Below, piece after piece: positions 49,118 through 63,243 of a stretch of 64,000 bases of DNA. Source of the stretch: Xylographa opegraphella (taxonomy: Eukaryota); NCBI GenBank assembly GCA_022813865.1, contig JALDZX010000018.1, positions 124,001 to 188,000 of the forward strand, in the 5' to 3' direction. Numbering within the stretch: position 1 is the stretch's first letter; every line of letters begins with the position of its first letter. The notes beneath the pieces were generated by a model that did not search any database, was not told the origin of the DNA, and saw nothing but the letters and a program-made list of their open reading frames with translations. The position numbers and the translations under genes are program-made.

Positions 49118-50425
49118 CAGAGACTGGAGCTGACCTTGCTCCAGCTTAAGTCTAGCACACTCGCGGTATGGCCGTCGTACTCGTGGGTCGGTATTGTCTT
49201 AAATACCGGAGCACTTAGTCTCGATCGAGCTCCGTCTTTGGTATTTAGGTCTTCTTCTCTTTCGAGGCTCAGGCGATCCTCTTCACTCGCGATTACCCCC
49301 CAGATCCGCACGATATGATCGTGCCCTCCGGCGGCCAAAAACTTTCCATCCTTCGAGAACTCCATCGCCCAGATAGCTTTGCCATTCTTCGTCTTTTCTG
49401 CGGGACTGGTCGGACCTCCCTTGACAGACCTGCCGCCCGCCTGCGCGATCTCTTTTCCGGTCCGCCCCCTTAGTTGCTGGGCGAGAAAAACACGATTGAA
49501 GTCTTTTTCCTTCTTTCCCCTCGAGCGTACTCTGATATACTTCGGCGGCGCAGGAAATCGTGGAATAAATCCAATGGGCTGCAAGAAGACATCGGCATCG
49601 GTTCCCTCCGTTCTCTTGTCGCCCTGATCGGACTCGTCATCAAGCATGTCGATTGAGGATTCTTTCTTCTTCGAACCAATGAAGCGACTAAGGAAGGATA
49701 CGCCTTTTCTGCATGCATCATTAGCTTGACACACTTTCTGCGCAACCACCAACGGTCAAAGCGAAGATAAGGTTTCCAAGAGGCGACAAGATTCGAGATC
49801 CAAGAGGAAGGAAAACTTCTCACTTTCTTTCTTTGCCTGTAGAACCAAAAGTATCCACACGTGCGACGTTGGCGTCCGCGGGTGATCGAGCGGACGCCGT
49901 TGCTGCGGCTTTATCCAAAGCTTCTGGATCTCCATCACCTGGTGCCGCGCCCCCTATCTTTTGGGATGACATGTCGCGGAGCGTACGGTCGAGAATGTGC
50001 TTGATGATAATGCGATGTAAGTTGTCTGGCATGGTTTCAGAAGGCCAACGTTCACATACCTGGGAGAGTGGATCGATGGTAGCTTGCGAGTCCTGCCTTC
50101 CTTCGGAGCCGCTCGTCGGGCCTGGAAAGTTTCCATTGCTTGATAGAGTGCGAATGAGCTTTGTTGGGAAGCTCAGGCCGTTCGATGCTGGTCTTGCTTC
50201 ACGGAGGCAGTTAGCGACCGTTATTGCACTTGCAGCCACGTGGAGCCGCTCTCAGGTACATCGACAGTGGTTATGCTCACATTCGGTGACGACGTTGATG
50301 CTGAACCTTCCCTCTTTTCCTGCACTTCCTCCTTCCGGCAAGTTCAGTTCCTGACTCAGTGACCCCGATGAAGGATTACCTGCAGGTGACTGCACGGTAA
50401 TCAGAGGAGGCGATCGCTCTCCCAT
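47238..50425 (-). CDS. WD40-repeat protein, WDR44/Laf1(YMR102C)-like
   Basis: AIWAMEFSKDGKFLAAGG, GHTASVLDLSWSK|NNFLLSSSMDKTVRLWH, HTDFVTSIQFHPRDDRFFLAGSLD; multi-exon, 5' exons less certain. Confidence 0.85.
49081..49116. repeat. (TA)n microsatellite in an intron of the WD40 gene
   Basis: About 18 consecutive TA units. Confidence 0.95.
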
Positions 50426-52948
50426 GATCAAAGTTCAGTCTTCTCAGGGTGACATCAGATGCACAAGGACTGGTCCAGAGCCATGCCAGGTCATGGAAGC
50501 TACCCTTGCGCATCTACAGCGAAGCGGATGCGCGCGGAGATACTCGGTAGGTCAGATGGAGTCGTCGCGAGTGTCCTTGTCCAATTTCGAAAAGTAATAC
50601 AAGCTCTCAGAGTGGATGTGGGAAGCACGCGACTACGAGAACGTGCAGAACGATGCAACATGAGGATTCGTTGATCCGTTGTGTTTCAGGAGCTGCAGGA
50701 TTATATTATTACTAAACATTTGCCTTTTCCCCACACTTCAACGTTTAGGTGAAAAGCATGCTTCTACTCGTTACCGTCCACAGCATATATGCATTCACAG
50801 TTAGGTAGTTTCCACCTCAACGTCGGTCGATGCGTGGCGGGCTCGGCGGGTAACACAGAAATCGGCATTCCGCAATGTGAATCTAGAGACATCGTTCGGG
50901 GAGGGGAGATCCCCGTCTACAGAGCGCAGAGAGTGTTCTATTGCTATATATTGTTCATGTAACGTCTACTGAGACCGCATTCCTCAAATCGTGAGTGGCC
51001 GTATGAAATGCGTGGACTTGAGTCTGAACTCCAAGGCAACAGGAAGGTGTATCTGGAGCGACTGCTTGCGTATCCTCGAATCAGTAATCAACGCCGTAGC
51101 CGACCGCCCACGTATTCGTGATCATAAGCTGCAATCCTGGTCGCAGCATGACCGTACCTCTGTAGACGCACTCGATATGGAATTCACTTCATTGCTGCAT
51201 CCCGAAGCTGGTTTCGACAGCCGTATCCTATGCGGTCGAGAACCAATTACGTGCGAGCACAGGGAAACCAGGATTTGCGAAATTGATAATGCACCTCCAT
51301 GTACGCCTCGCCCTCGGTGGCTGCAACCGACCGCAGAGCCGGCGCGTTCGTCGCAGGCTCACGGGCCAGGGAGGGCAGGCGAGCAGACGAGCAGACGAGC
51401 AGGCGGTAGAGTTCGCTCTCGCGCCCAAAGGTCAATTGGAGCCTGGAGGTGCATGGTCTGGATGGTGTTGCGTTTCAGCGGAAGATGCTCACCGCTGATT
51501 GCACTACACATCCAATCAACGCAGATGGAGCATCCATGCGATCGATACCTGTCTCCTCAACCGTACGCGAGCATGGTGAGGCTGAAGGTGCATTCATTCT
51601 CTGGCCCCGACTCGCCAGCATACCCAGGATTTGGTCCCCGGTCTTATCAAATCATTATTCACGACAATACTCGATCAAATCGCGAAACACGCAGCGAGCA
51701 TCAACGGAGAGCCTGCTGCCTGCAAGTCGCCGCCTTCGCTAAACGCTCTCAGATACGTGCGTAATCACGTAAGCATACAGAGTAAGGTAGCTAAGGTACT
51801 GTGTATGTGGACGACCGTTGGCGAAGTTCCCCAAGCCCGGACCAGGGATGATGCAGCGCAGGATCGCCCGCCCAGCGGATCGGTACGCAGTCCTCAGCTT
51901 CCCTTTCCCCCTCCCGCCAATAATGCTCTCACCACGCACAGGACGAAAGCGTGATCGCCCATCGGTTTCATCTATGTAGCTGGCGCATGATGCAGCTGCA
52001 GACGCACTCACTGCCAGGGCTGCCAGGCCTGTGATCGGGGCAGGAAGTCGAAGTTGTTGCTGGATTCGGGAGTTGGATGAAGCGCATCCGGTCGAGTGGG
52101 TTTTGTGTACGGAGGTCGAAGAGAAGAAGATTACTATTACTGGAATGACAAATAAAGCCTGAGAGGAAAATGCGGCCTGCTCGTATCGGATGAGTAGTGA
52201 CGTCGTGACATGATACCGTGGTAATTAAGGTAAGCTAAAGTAAGCTAGGGTAAGGTAAACCACGACCAGTCAAGTAAGTCCAGCCTAATAAGCGTGAGCC
52301 ACTCCGCGACGAGACGCCGCTAGCCAGGGGCGGAGACTTTATTCTCCTCGGCCATTCTGCCTTGATGGCGGGGTGCTTGAAAAAAAGCACGGAGGCATCT
52401 GACTGGTCGGACGCGAATCCGGTATTCGACCATAGCGAGAGCTACCACCTTCAAAGTGTCATCGGATCATGCCGACGCTGTGCCCCATGTTCTTGATCGC
52501 CAACTCGGTCCTCCTGTTCCATGCCCCTGGTGTTCGAACGCTGCGTACGGAGTGTGCAGTGCATCTGATTGTTTCTGACAAACTTAAAGCTTGCTTTTTT
52601 TTCGATCGGCGCCGTCGGCGCTCCCCGCATTTTTCCCACAGAAAGTCCCGTGGGAAGACCTCTGCTTAGCCTCAGCGGAACGTCACGGGCAGGGGTCGCA
52701 GGACTCGAGGTCCGCCTCCCCAGCAGGGCTGGCATGCACCCCATTCGTCCTCGCTCGCTGGGTTCTCCGCATTTCCCGCTCCCTGGGCCCAGGCCTGGCC
52801 GCCGCCTATGCCTAATTCCGAACCGTACATGAGCCCGACATGTCAACCGGGTCGTCCCCCATCCTTTTAACTAGCACCGTTGTCCCACATCACTTTGCTC
52901 GTGCGACCGAAAACAACATGCTGCTGGCCGTCCTCACGATTGGTGGCA

Positions 52949-53728
52949 ATGATCTTCGAATGGCATCGTGCGAGATCCGTCCTACGTCAAGCACCCTTCC
53001 CCTTTCCATCCACCGCTGAATCCTGCTCTCCGGCCACATTCGACTTCGCCACGCATTACGACCACGTCCCGAAGCGGACCCCGAAGCGTTATCGATCGCA
53101 AGGCGACGTGGATGGCGAAGGCTCCGGCACCTTGCAGAAGAAGAAACGAAGGCTGCGACTGGATCTGATCACGTCCCGATTGAGTCGCCCGTTCGCGACA
53201 CCCACCACACACATCGTCGGCCGCAGAACATCCAAGTTCGCCATCGGGGCTCGGCAGAAAGTGTGGGGTCGAGATCTGCTTCGGAAAGCCGCCATCATGA
53301 ACGGGATCCGGATCATGAACGCATCGGCAAGCACCACACAAAAGGCATACCTAAGCAACGCCAATCCCATCACCCGATACCATCAAGCATACCACACCGA
53401 AATCGACACCGTGAACGAGAGGAACAATCGACAACTACCCTCGACACTGCACAGAACCCTGAATTTGCATACCCCACAGGCTCCCTCACCTTTGAGCCTT
53501 TCGGATAATGACGAATATGACGACCCAGACGGTATATACGATGACCAGGACTGGGAGGACGCGGATAGCGATGCGGAGAATACAGAATCGCTGAACAGCG
53601 ATTTCAACATGCGGGAGACGGGAGATATGGTCAATGAGGATTGCGAATTCGTTAGCCCCCTGGATTACACAGATTTGGACCAGTACCCCGAGTTACCTTC
53701 CTCGTCCAATATTGTCGATCTTGGGTGA
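52949..53728 (+). CDS. Uncharacterised fungal protein with a basic NLS-like motif and acidic tail
   Basis: Long ORF with KKKRRLRLDLITSRLSRPFATPTTHIVGR..LLRKAAIMN and an acidic C-terminus; function unknown. Confidence 0.6.
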   Translation: MIFEWHRARSVLRQAPFPFPSTAESCSPATFDFATHYDHVPKRTPKRYRSQGDVDGEGSGTLQKKKRRLRLDLITSRLSRPFATPTTHIVGRRTSKFAIGARQKVWGRDLLRKAAIMNGIRIMNASASTTQKAYLSNANPITRYHQAYHTEIDTVNERNNRQLPSTLHRTLNLHTPQAPSPLSLSDNDEYDDPDGIYDDQDWEDADSDAENTESLNSDFNMRETGDMVNEDCEFVSPLDYTDLDQYPELPSSSNIVDLG

Positions 53729-53982
53729 TGGAGGAAACCGGGGCGTATTAAGGTGTTGGTCGCTTACGCTGATACACGAACTGCCCAACCATGCAACGGG
53801 TTTCGGTCCAGAGCTGGTATTTTGCTTCTGCTGGGTATGCATATATGGGCGCATATACGTGACGGTATGTTCACGAGCAAAAGGGGGCGCGCTTTGGATC
53901 TCTTGGGAAGGATATGCTTGGGTGGCAGAGGACCGCCATGGCATAAAATACCATCATCTTCATTCAGCCACGGGCCAGCAAA

Positions 53983-54629
53983 TTAGGACTGGGAGAGAGC
54001 CTTGTTCGCACGATCTGCAGCAATCTCACACATTGCCTGATCCGTTGTCAGCTGAACTCTTTTCTGGTCGACTTGGAACACGAACCTTTATAGCCTCAAA
54101 TCGTTCGCTGTTTATATCTCCACGACCGATTCGTTCAGTCATATCTTTCATGATAGCCGCTCGTGATCTCCCGTTGACGAAGACACTTCGGGTAATCAAT
54201 AAGCTGTGAAACCTCACGGGCGCCTCAGAGTACTCACACGTATCTAAGCCCCGGAAACGTCGTTTCGTATTCTTCATTCAGTCTTGCCAAATCCTTGCTT
54301 TCGTCATCCTCCCCCGTGTTGAGCTGAGCCTGTTCCGCCCTGCTTTGGGAGCTATCGACTTTCTTGTCTCCAAGCCTCGGATGAGCGGCCAAAATGGACT
54401 CCAACCATTCCTTATCGCTTGTAGAAGTAGATTCGGCCAAATCGGTAAGCTGTACTCCAATGGAAGCGATCATATCGTCGTATGAAGGAAACGATCGTTC
54501 TTGAAGCAGCGCGACGGAGAGCGTGTGCAGTTGTAGGCATGGTTCGAAGAGCAGGTCAAGTACCGCAGCACGCTCCGAGCTCGTGAGACCTGGCAGACTT
54601 GATATCGGGGGCAACTCGGCGGACCCCAT
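53983..54629 (-). CDS. OHCU decarboxylase-like protein (purine catabolism)
   Basis: LDLLFEP, ILAAHPRLG, SRAEQ, LARLNEEYETTFPGLRYV|VFVNGRSR..|AMCEIAADRA; two predicted introns. Confidence 0.9.
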
Positions 54630-55135
54630 GATCCAGGGTTTCGCGGGCTTGATTGACTGCGACAAATAAAGACTTTTGGGTCACCTCTGGCTCAACTGTC
54701 TTGTTTCTGCAGGCTGGCGGTACATAAGAGATGAAGAAAGAACGTTGATATATTCTGCAGCAAGCTAAAACACCTATCTGCGCTGATAAGCTTTCTGGTT
54801 CCTTGCATGAACCCCTTCGAGCCCCCTAGTCCACATTCGACCTTTCAAGGCGGCGCGTGTAGCATGTGCCGAAGAATCCTGAATAAGGAGTCGGTACTCA
54901 GTAGCCGTAGAATTATACTTAAAACATTGTGGGGTCTCATGTGTCGAGGCCGTATTTATCGGAGTGGACCTGTTCGACTTTCAGGTGGTGGCTCCAGCGT
55001 GTGGTTGGATGCTGTTTTCGGCGATCACCCCCTGAACGTACATTGATCTGGCCGAGCCGGTAGCAATCGTCCGATAGCGATGCTGTGATCTTCGTGCTTC
55101 TATCTTAATTCTCTCCACCATCTCGCACTGGGGTC

Positions 55136-58100
55136 ATGTCACTCAATGGACTTGACGCCCCAAAGGTCACTGAGGCCTACGCGGCGGCAGTGAAGGAAAG
55201 TGGAGGATGGTGAGAAACTGCGCGTGTTACCATGAATTCTACTTATTCCTGCAACTACCAGGTTCCTACTCAAATACGTTACAAGGGACGAAATTGACCT
55301 ACTGAGAGCAGGCACTGGAGGCGTGCTCGAGCTTAGACATGCGGTGACCGAGTATGAAGAAAAATCACCGCTTTATGGACTTCTTCACCATGGTCGAGAA
55401 CAGGTGTTGTTGAAATACTTGCCGGAAGGAACTTCACGCCTGCTTCAAGGTACCTGATTATGCTTTTGAAGAAAGACACTTGCACTAACTGTCTTCTTCG
55501 CAGCACGTCTTGCGGTCCATTTACAGGCAATAGTCGAGAAATTTCCTCATCACACTCTTCTCTCTTTTGCCAACCCTACCGAATTGAACGAAACCACACT
55601 TTCTAGCTCCAGATCACAAGTAAAAATTTCTTCGTCGGTCAAATCCTCGGATAGTTCTCTCCGTACAAGGCGGCTTGCGGAAATAGCAGAAGAGACAGCG
55701 GAAGCGCCCGATCGTGATTCAAACACAGATCAGAGCACTGTCAAAGCGAAAAGTCAAGACGCTGCGGATACTTCCTCCGCTCATAACAACGAGTTCAGCA
55801 GAGATTTGGACTACGCTGGTAGAGGCCCAAATTCAAGGCAACTTCCGGAATTATCAACAGAGCACCGAAGGCCTCGCAAATCATCTGCATCAAGCCGGAA
55901 CTTAGACAAATCTTTACCTGCCCCTCCTGTTGACGCTATTCAGGGCGTTCACTTGACCTCGCAACCTATCCCTGACAACGCTTGGGATGGAAGGCCGGAT
56001 TTTGACAGACGTCAGTCCTCGCAATCTGCAAGGCCATCAGCACAAGATCTCTATGAAGAATATCTCTATGCTCCAAAGATTAAGCTAGCACCTCGTCCAT
56101 CACTTGATTCTAGCAGAGCACAGAGTTCCGGGTCAATAACGCGACCATACGGACCGCGCCCAGTCTCCACTTTGCCGGCAGGAATACATTTACCCTCACG
56201 ACAAGCTGTCTCAGGAAGAACACAGTCCCAAAGAGCGTTCACAAAGCCGAGGTTTCTGGATAACGCACCAATGCCTCGTCCATTGCCGACCATGCCAAGA
56301 AGGCCTGCTACCGCAGTCGAGCGACCGACATCAAAAGCTGGCAGCATCGGAAGTGTTTCAACATTCGCGTATATTTCCGAACCGAAAGCTACGACCACAA
56401 CACCCGAGAAACAAAGATTGATGAAAGCATTGCAATTGCGGAAGAAGCAAATGGAGCAGAAGAATACTGACAAGGTTCTGCCTGAACCTCCAACCAAGAC
56501 CTCAGCCAACAACCACACACTAGAGCTAGCAGGGCATGAAGACAATCTTGGGGAACTGGCGACGATTCCTCGCTCAGAGGAGGAGATTCATATCTTCCGT
56601 GTTGGTGTGGACGATCTGCGTGATGTAATGAATATAGACTCCGTTGCATTACCTGTATCTGTCCCGGAATCTTCCTTGGGTTCCTCTACCAAAGCATCTT
56701 CATTAGCCGACGCAGAGGACCAAAGAACCTCGAAGATGCTCCTCTCTAGTAGTGACGTTGCCAATAGAACAATAGATAACAGCAACGAGGGAGGTGAGAA
56801 AGTTGACGAGAACACGGAGGACGTTATAACATTGAAAGCAGAAAATACGACCGAGGTTCAGAGTCAAGGAACGGAAGCAGACCATGAAGTGGCTAAGCTG
56901 ACGAACGAGTTGTCATGTTCTGGGGAACATTTGGCAACAGTCCCGCTGGTGACTTCCGTTCCATCTTTCCCAGCAGAATCGCTCCTTCCCAATGAAGTAC
57001 CATTGCCACTTGCGAACGAAGCTGAACTGAACTTTTTGGAGTCATCTCCAGCTTCCACAATTCATGCACCAGTTAAAGCTGAGACTTCTCCGCAGCACGA
57101 CAATTCTGGATCTCCTGCCTTGACCATATCTGAAGACCAAGCCTGCAAGGCAGAAGTGGAGCACGACGAGACAAAGACTCGGCCTTCCACAGCCGATTCA
57201 ATCGACTTCAGCAACATGCAACGAAGGGCAAAGCGACGGGGACTCGTCGATCCCCTAAAGATAATCTCAAGTGCTGAGCAGTCCGACGAGAATTTCTTAT
57301 CTGATGATTCGTTTATGGACGAGCTTCAGAGAGCGACTGTTCAGCAAGCTAAACCTATTTCCGTCTCCAGGTCTCCTGTCACTCCGGTCTTCCCTATGTC
57401 GCCGAAGTCTGCGGGTACTGGTCGATCTTATGATACGCTGAATCTTACTCGTACGACCTCCAACTCGATTGACAGCGGTACGCCACAGAAGAAGATATTT
57501 CTCAATTCAGGTAACAATTCTTCAATGGCGGACCAGTCATCAGAGTTTCTTAGTCCAACACGAGCAGTCTCCAATCCACTTGACAACGAGCTCGCTTACA
57601 TACAGCGGCAGTTATCGCCCACTTCTTCCAAATCCGTAAAACGGCGATCAATCTCTCTATCGCCAACATCTCGGGACCCATCGGACCATACAACTGCGAT
57701 ACTACCTAAGAAATCAGGCGTATCGTCACTGATATCTCAAAGGATTAAAGCGCTTGAGAAGTCCTCTACTTCTGGATCTCAAGCTGCATCGTCACCAGTT
57801 GTGACGCCCGATCTAGTCACCAAACATAAAGGTTCTTTTAGTACACCGGGTACAGTCTTGAGTCCCTCCGATGTTATGACTGATGGAAACAAGTGGAGAG
57901 CTCGAAAGCATGTGGCATACCCAACGCCATCGCCATCCCCTCATACGAATCCAGTAAGCCGAAAATTTGGCCTAAAACCTTCAGGGTCTGAAACAGCCCA
58001 GGCGAAAAGTCAGCCAGAATCCGTTTCCGTCACAGCAACCATCGTCCGAGATGCACAAAATCAGAAGCCCGAGATCCCGTTGGATCCATCAGAACCAGCA

Positions 58101-59087
58101 AATACGAATCTTCACCAGAGCCCCCTCGTGGTTCAAGAGCACGCAACACGACCAACAAAAGCGTCCCGGAAGTCTACCAAGTCAAAACCTGGTAGCGATC
58201 ACTCAGATGCGTCCGCTGAACCCGCAGGTAAGCGTGAGAACTTGAGCTCGACACGGCGTGATTCGACTACTAGCAGACAGTCGAATTCCAGTCGCAAAGA
58301 TAGCGTTGATCTTCCACGCTCCCAAAGTCAAACTTCTGTGGAAACGGTGGATGAGATGAAAGCGGAAAAAAAGGAATCTAGGAAGACTAGACTCTTCAAG
58401 CGAATGTCCGCTATATCATCGTCGTCTCGTCGAAGTATTGCACAGGCATTAGGTCCTTCAATGAAAGAAGAGCCGATTGTTGAGCGGCAAGAGCCGGAAG
58501 CGACGCCTTTGCCTATGAGTGTGGACTTTGGTGATCTCAACATCCAATTCCCGGATACCTTGGTACGCCCATTTTACTTTAATGTGGGCGCCTTTACTTA
58601 CCCAGCTTCTAGCTTTGGAAACGCAGGCACGTAGCCGTTGATAGCCAAGGCTTTCTCGTTTTATCCCCTTCCAAGGTCGACACTGTACGTTTGTCTACTA
58701 CCCGTACCTTACTTTTGTTTGTCTGTCGCGGGATTATATCTCTAACTACGTTCACTCTCTAGAGCTCGAGATTTTCATCCAAACGTTACCATCTTTCTGA
58801 ATTTCGAGCTCCCTATATCCCGGACCAGGATAGGCAGGAGCTTCCTAATAGTAAGTTGTTGGCATATTCTAATCACGACACAACATGCTCACAGAACTAT
58901 AGGCGTGGTCCTTGATTTCAACGATAGCAGCACGTTGCAGTGCGCCTGCGAGAATCCTGCGAGCCAAGCTCAAGTCTTTAGAGGTGCGATCGCTAGTGAC
59001 ACCTACCCTAACAATTCAAAGCTGACATATATCGCTGTTCCAGCTCTCCGGGACGCATACACGATACGCAATCAAGTATCAGGATAA
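55136..59087 (+). CDS. Large protein with an N-terminal ADF-H/cofilin-like domain, a disordered Ser/Pro-rich middle and a C-terminal PH-like region
   Basis: Exons read MSLNGLDAPKVTEAY..GGW|FLLKYVTRDE..SPLYGLL..LLKYLPEGTSRLLQ, then the 1016-aa ORF, then short exons NIQFPDTL|LWKRR..PDQDRQELPN|SVVLDFNDSSTLQCACE. Confidence 0.75.
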
Positions 59088-60130
59088 TGACACTACACCG
59101 TCTCTTCACCTCGCCACGCCGACAGTTGTATGATGGATATGGATGGGTAGTGAACTCGCGCACTTCTCTCCCATCCCTCCTCGCCATCGCAGTCGCAACG
59201 TATAATCCTTTTCACGAATGTATGGATGCATGATAATACCCAGTCCTGTCCCGACAGTAATCTTGTTTTTCTTTTCTCAATCCCAATCTTCAACCGGTTC
59301 GGAGAAGGGGGGTTTCGAACAGTGTACCAGCTTCATGAGACCGCAGCGGTCATGGGTTCCACAAAACTTGGATTTTTTCTCCTCGTAAATAGTTTGTATT
59401 TGGTTAGATGTATACAGTCTGGTTTTTCCAAAAAAAAAAAAAAAAAACCACTGCGGTCTCGCTGGACTGGTTGTCCTGTCTCACATCATATGGTCGTTTG
59501 GCAGCCGTGGTCAGGGTTTGAAGTTCGTGATTCGAGATGTGTGCGCTGCTGAGAACTGCACTACGCTTTCTACTGCCTACCTTACTGCCTGAATGGATGG
59601 GAGACCGGACGACGGAGACGGTTGGACGCTTCTGGGGGGGACTCCAGCGAATACTATCTTGACCCCGGTCTTCCCGTCCAGGCTCTGATCCGTGGGACTC
59701 GAAGAACGTCTGACCACGGTACCGGAGCTAAGGTATCTCATGTAGACCATGTAGGCCTGCAGTCTCGGTTCCATATACGGCCGCCCTCTTCCCACTCCTA
59801 AACCCCAATTCCGCCTTGAATCCTTCGCCGCTTCTTATCGCGTACATGGTAGCCATGTGTTTCCTTCCGCTGGTCCTACCGCCGCAACGTACTCGGAGAC
59901 CATTAAACGACGAGAAAGTAAGAACCAGGAAGATGGAAAAATACGCAAGAATCAGGCAGGTTATCAAGCGTAAGATGTAAAATTATATTTAGTACGAGTG
60001 AAACAGAACCGGTGCCTCTAAGGCTTTTGAATACGGATTAAGCACACCAGCTACGATCCAAGGTAGCCCGCAAGGCCCCTGCAGTCATGCATCGAAGACG
60101 TTACCTTGCCGGCTGGGCGGGGATGGGAAC

Positions 60131-60168
60131 CTTCAGGATCCGTATGTGAACTTCAGGATCCGTATGTG
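60131..60168. repeat. Tandem duplication of CTTCAGGATCCGTATGTG (20-bp period)
   Basis: Identical 18-mers at 60131 and 60151. Confidence 0.85.
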
Positions 60169-60442
60169 CAGGACCGCTGACCCGCTCCTTCCTCCTTGAT
60201 GAACCAGCCTTGGCGTGAGTGCAGCGATCTGGCATGCCGGAATCAGACTCCCTCCGAGCACTGCTCATCGTCAGCAGAGGTATAACTCGGAGGACACCAC
60301 CAGCGTCCGTAAACCTCCCGGCAGAACGGCATCTTCATCCGTCGCGAGCTCTTGACCACAACAGTAATGCAGTCACGAGCTCATCGCGGTCGGCCGGATG
60401 AATCCACTGGTGTCGTCCAGTTTTTGCTTCCAGAGCCCATCT

Positions 60443-61655
60443 TCAAGGAGGCTTGACTCCGGTCCCTTCTTCAGGCAGCCAAAACACAACCTCTCGATCC
60501 GCCGTTGCAACCATGTTGTAGCGCGGATTCCACTCCACAACGCCCACACGGCTCTTGCACGGCAGGCTACACAGCGGTGCGAGAGTCTTTGTTTCCTCGT
60601 CCACTTGACCTTGGACGTCCCACACCGCAGCATCCCTGTCTCCTCCACTTCCCCCGACTACATACCGCCCGTCTGCTGAGAAGCAAACGTCGCCCTGACC
60701 TGCGGCGGTCCCTACTGCTGACGACGATGGTGGCCATGGCGTAGCCCGGAGACTTGAAGGGTTCAGCGGAAGGTACTGTGGCGGGCGGACGAGGAGTGCT
60801 TTCAGCTCTCCGCTAAATGCGTCCAAAAGCAAATGCCCGAGAGTGTTGTTCGTACCCACGATCAAACTCTTGCCGTCGTTCGAGAACTCGAGTTTGGTCC
60901 AGTCTTTAGGAGCGCCTGCGCCGGCAGCGAGAGGGGAAGCCATAATGGCAGGAAGAGAGTCGAGGGCACGAAGGTCGAAAGTCGCAAAAGGTGGCTTATC
61001 ATAATTGCGTAGGTCATAGAGTAGGATGGACGACGTAGAGGGTGAGGCGATAGCGATAACCGTAGCAGAAGGGTCATAAGTTGCGAGAGTGGGCGTCGCA
61101 AGATTGAGCTTTCCCTGAGGTGACGGCGACGAGAGACTCCATAGGCGGACTGTGTTATCTAGCGAACCCGAGATGAATGTGTCCGAGGCTGGACAGAGAG
61201 CGAGCGACGTGACAGGCGCCGTATGGCCTTTGAAATACCGTAGGAATTGGTTATCGTGGGTGGATAGGTATCGTATGGTATCGTCCGTCTTGGTCGACGC
61301 GTAGATAATCGATTGTGAGTGGTGGGTGAAGCGCGCCAAGTGAGCGCCATACTTTTTCGAAAAGAGAGACTTCAAAGCACGTCCTTCTTTTGCATTATAG
61401 AGTTGTAGAGATTCGTCGCTGCACGCGGCCAATAGAAATTCACCCGAGTCGTCGAAGGATAGCGAGGTGGCATAAGTAGTCGGGGCGGAGAGCTTGAAGA
61501 GCTTGAAGCTGGAGCTTTAGTATACATCCTATGGCGAGGTCATAGAGTAAGCTTACCTTGGTCGGGCGCAAGTTTCCTATCGCATCAGAGGTCTTCTGCG
61601 TGGCCTGTGGACCACCTGGGGGTGGAGGCGGAGGTACGACTATCGGTCCTGCCAT
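60443..61655 (-). CDS. SWD2: WD40 COMPASS/CPF subunit Swd2 (WDR82)
   Basis: SLSFDDSGE, LFSKKYGAHLARFTH, IIYASTKTDDTIRYLSTHDNQFLRYFKGH, LYDLRNYDKPPFATF, LEFSNDGK; one predicted intron near 61520-61556. Confidence 0.9.
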
Positions 61656-62240
61656 TGTCCTAGAACGGCAAATACAACAAGGTGGTAGAAGAGATTGCAG
61701 TCTTCATCGAGGTTGGCAGAAGGTATCAGTGGGGCTTGGACTTCACTGCATTGTCCATGGGTCCAGGTTACCGTACCTTACGATTCAGTAAGCTTTCGGC
61801 CGTTTGCGATGCTGAACTTCAACGCTAGTGAGAGCGGTTAGGGCTAATGCAGATGCCTCGCTAAGGTAAACTGACTGAGCAATTCCTTGCCTTACCTAAG
61901 GTAGGTAGTTTTATTAGGTACTGAAAGAGCCTGACTGTTAGAAAACTATAGTCATTACTACTGAGATCCTCTGGGTACTTCCACAGAACCATGTTCAGCA
62001 CTTATCGAATTGACTGATGTGTACCTTAGCTTGGGGGTCTTGATCACGTGTAATATCGCATTCTAAACTACTAATAGTGCTGGGCCATCCATAAATAGAA
62101 AAGGAAACAGGATCTACATCCACGCAGCTCCTGCAGTTTCAGAAGACTAGGAAGCTGCAGTTCTCGGGTTCCATAGTTTACCAAAATGTAGTCCCTCACG
62201 AAAGTAGTTTCAGTCGTCGAGCTGATTGGTCGCCTCTGGT

Positions 62241-63243
62241 CTATTCTTCCGCTACTTCCTGTTTCATCTCTGATGTCTCGGTTGCAATGTTAAAGAGTGC
62301 TTCGTTCTCTTGCTGTGCCTTGATGAACGCCTCTTTGAAGAGGTTTGCGTCTGTGGGCAAGTCAGCTATCCCGTTACATAATCTGGTTAGGTCATAGAGG
62401 AACTCACTCTCACTGTTTGCAAATCGAATAGCAAGAGTACAAGGCTCCGGCTCGCGCTCGCTGACGTCTGCGGCTGCATTCCATACCCAGCTTCGGTCAC
62501 TGCCCACGTTTGGCGAGAGCTTCATGTCGGGGACGACTATTCCCATGTTAGCACTGCTTGCTTTTAAGTTTTAGTCCGTCAACTTACCATAGTGATTCGC
62601 GCAGACCTTTAATGTCTTATCCCGTCTCATGACCAGCCTCGTTTTCCCGTTGTCTCGATGCTTCAACAGCCTCACATCTCCAGTGCCACGCTCTTTCCAC
62701 TCTCTCGATTCGCGGTCGAATTTGAAGAGCTTCGCTCGCATTTTGAAGGTCTGCTCCTCCTGCTCCTCGTTGGTCCTGGTCTCAACTTTCTCCGTCAGAT
62801 GCACCACAGGCTCGAAGTGAGCATCAGGAGCATCTGCCTCTGGATCCTGTAAAAATTATTAGTCCCTAACGCCTATGTAGAGTTCTTAACAAGACTAGAG
62901 CCTGAGTTACCTCATCGTCCTCCGCATCTTTTTTAGCCTTCGAGGATCCTGAGGGCTCGTTGGTATCCTCTTCTGCCTGTTCTTTCTTTTCTTTCTTTGC
63001 TCCACCGCCAAACATGGAAAACACATTATCCTTCATGTTAGCAGCAGTAGACGCTGCGGTCGCCGCAGCATTACTGGCCATCCCGGTGTACGTTGCGGGG
63101 TGGTTGGTTGCACTTTCAGAGTATTCGTCCCCCTTCGGGTTTGTTACGAGTTCGGTCTCTTGCTGGGCAAGCTTGGGCTCGCTGGAAGCAACTTGCTCAG
63201 CGGAGGGGTCTAACTTAGATTCTGTGTTGGAGGACATGGTCAT
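62241..63243 (-). CDS. YRB1: Ran-binding protein 1 (RanBP1/Yrb1)
   Basis: [69 protein letters not shown]; three predicted introns. Confidence 0.95.

Noticed and set aside
50991..51764. 257-aa ORF
   Set aside because: Non-ATG start in the track, no recognisable domain or coding-like composition.
59430..59447. Poly(A) run as a retro-insertion tail
   Set aside because: No upstream element body or convincing target-site duplication; likely a 3' UTR homopolymer.
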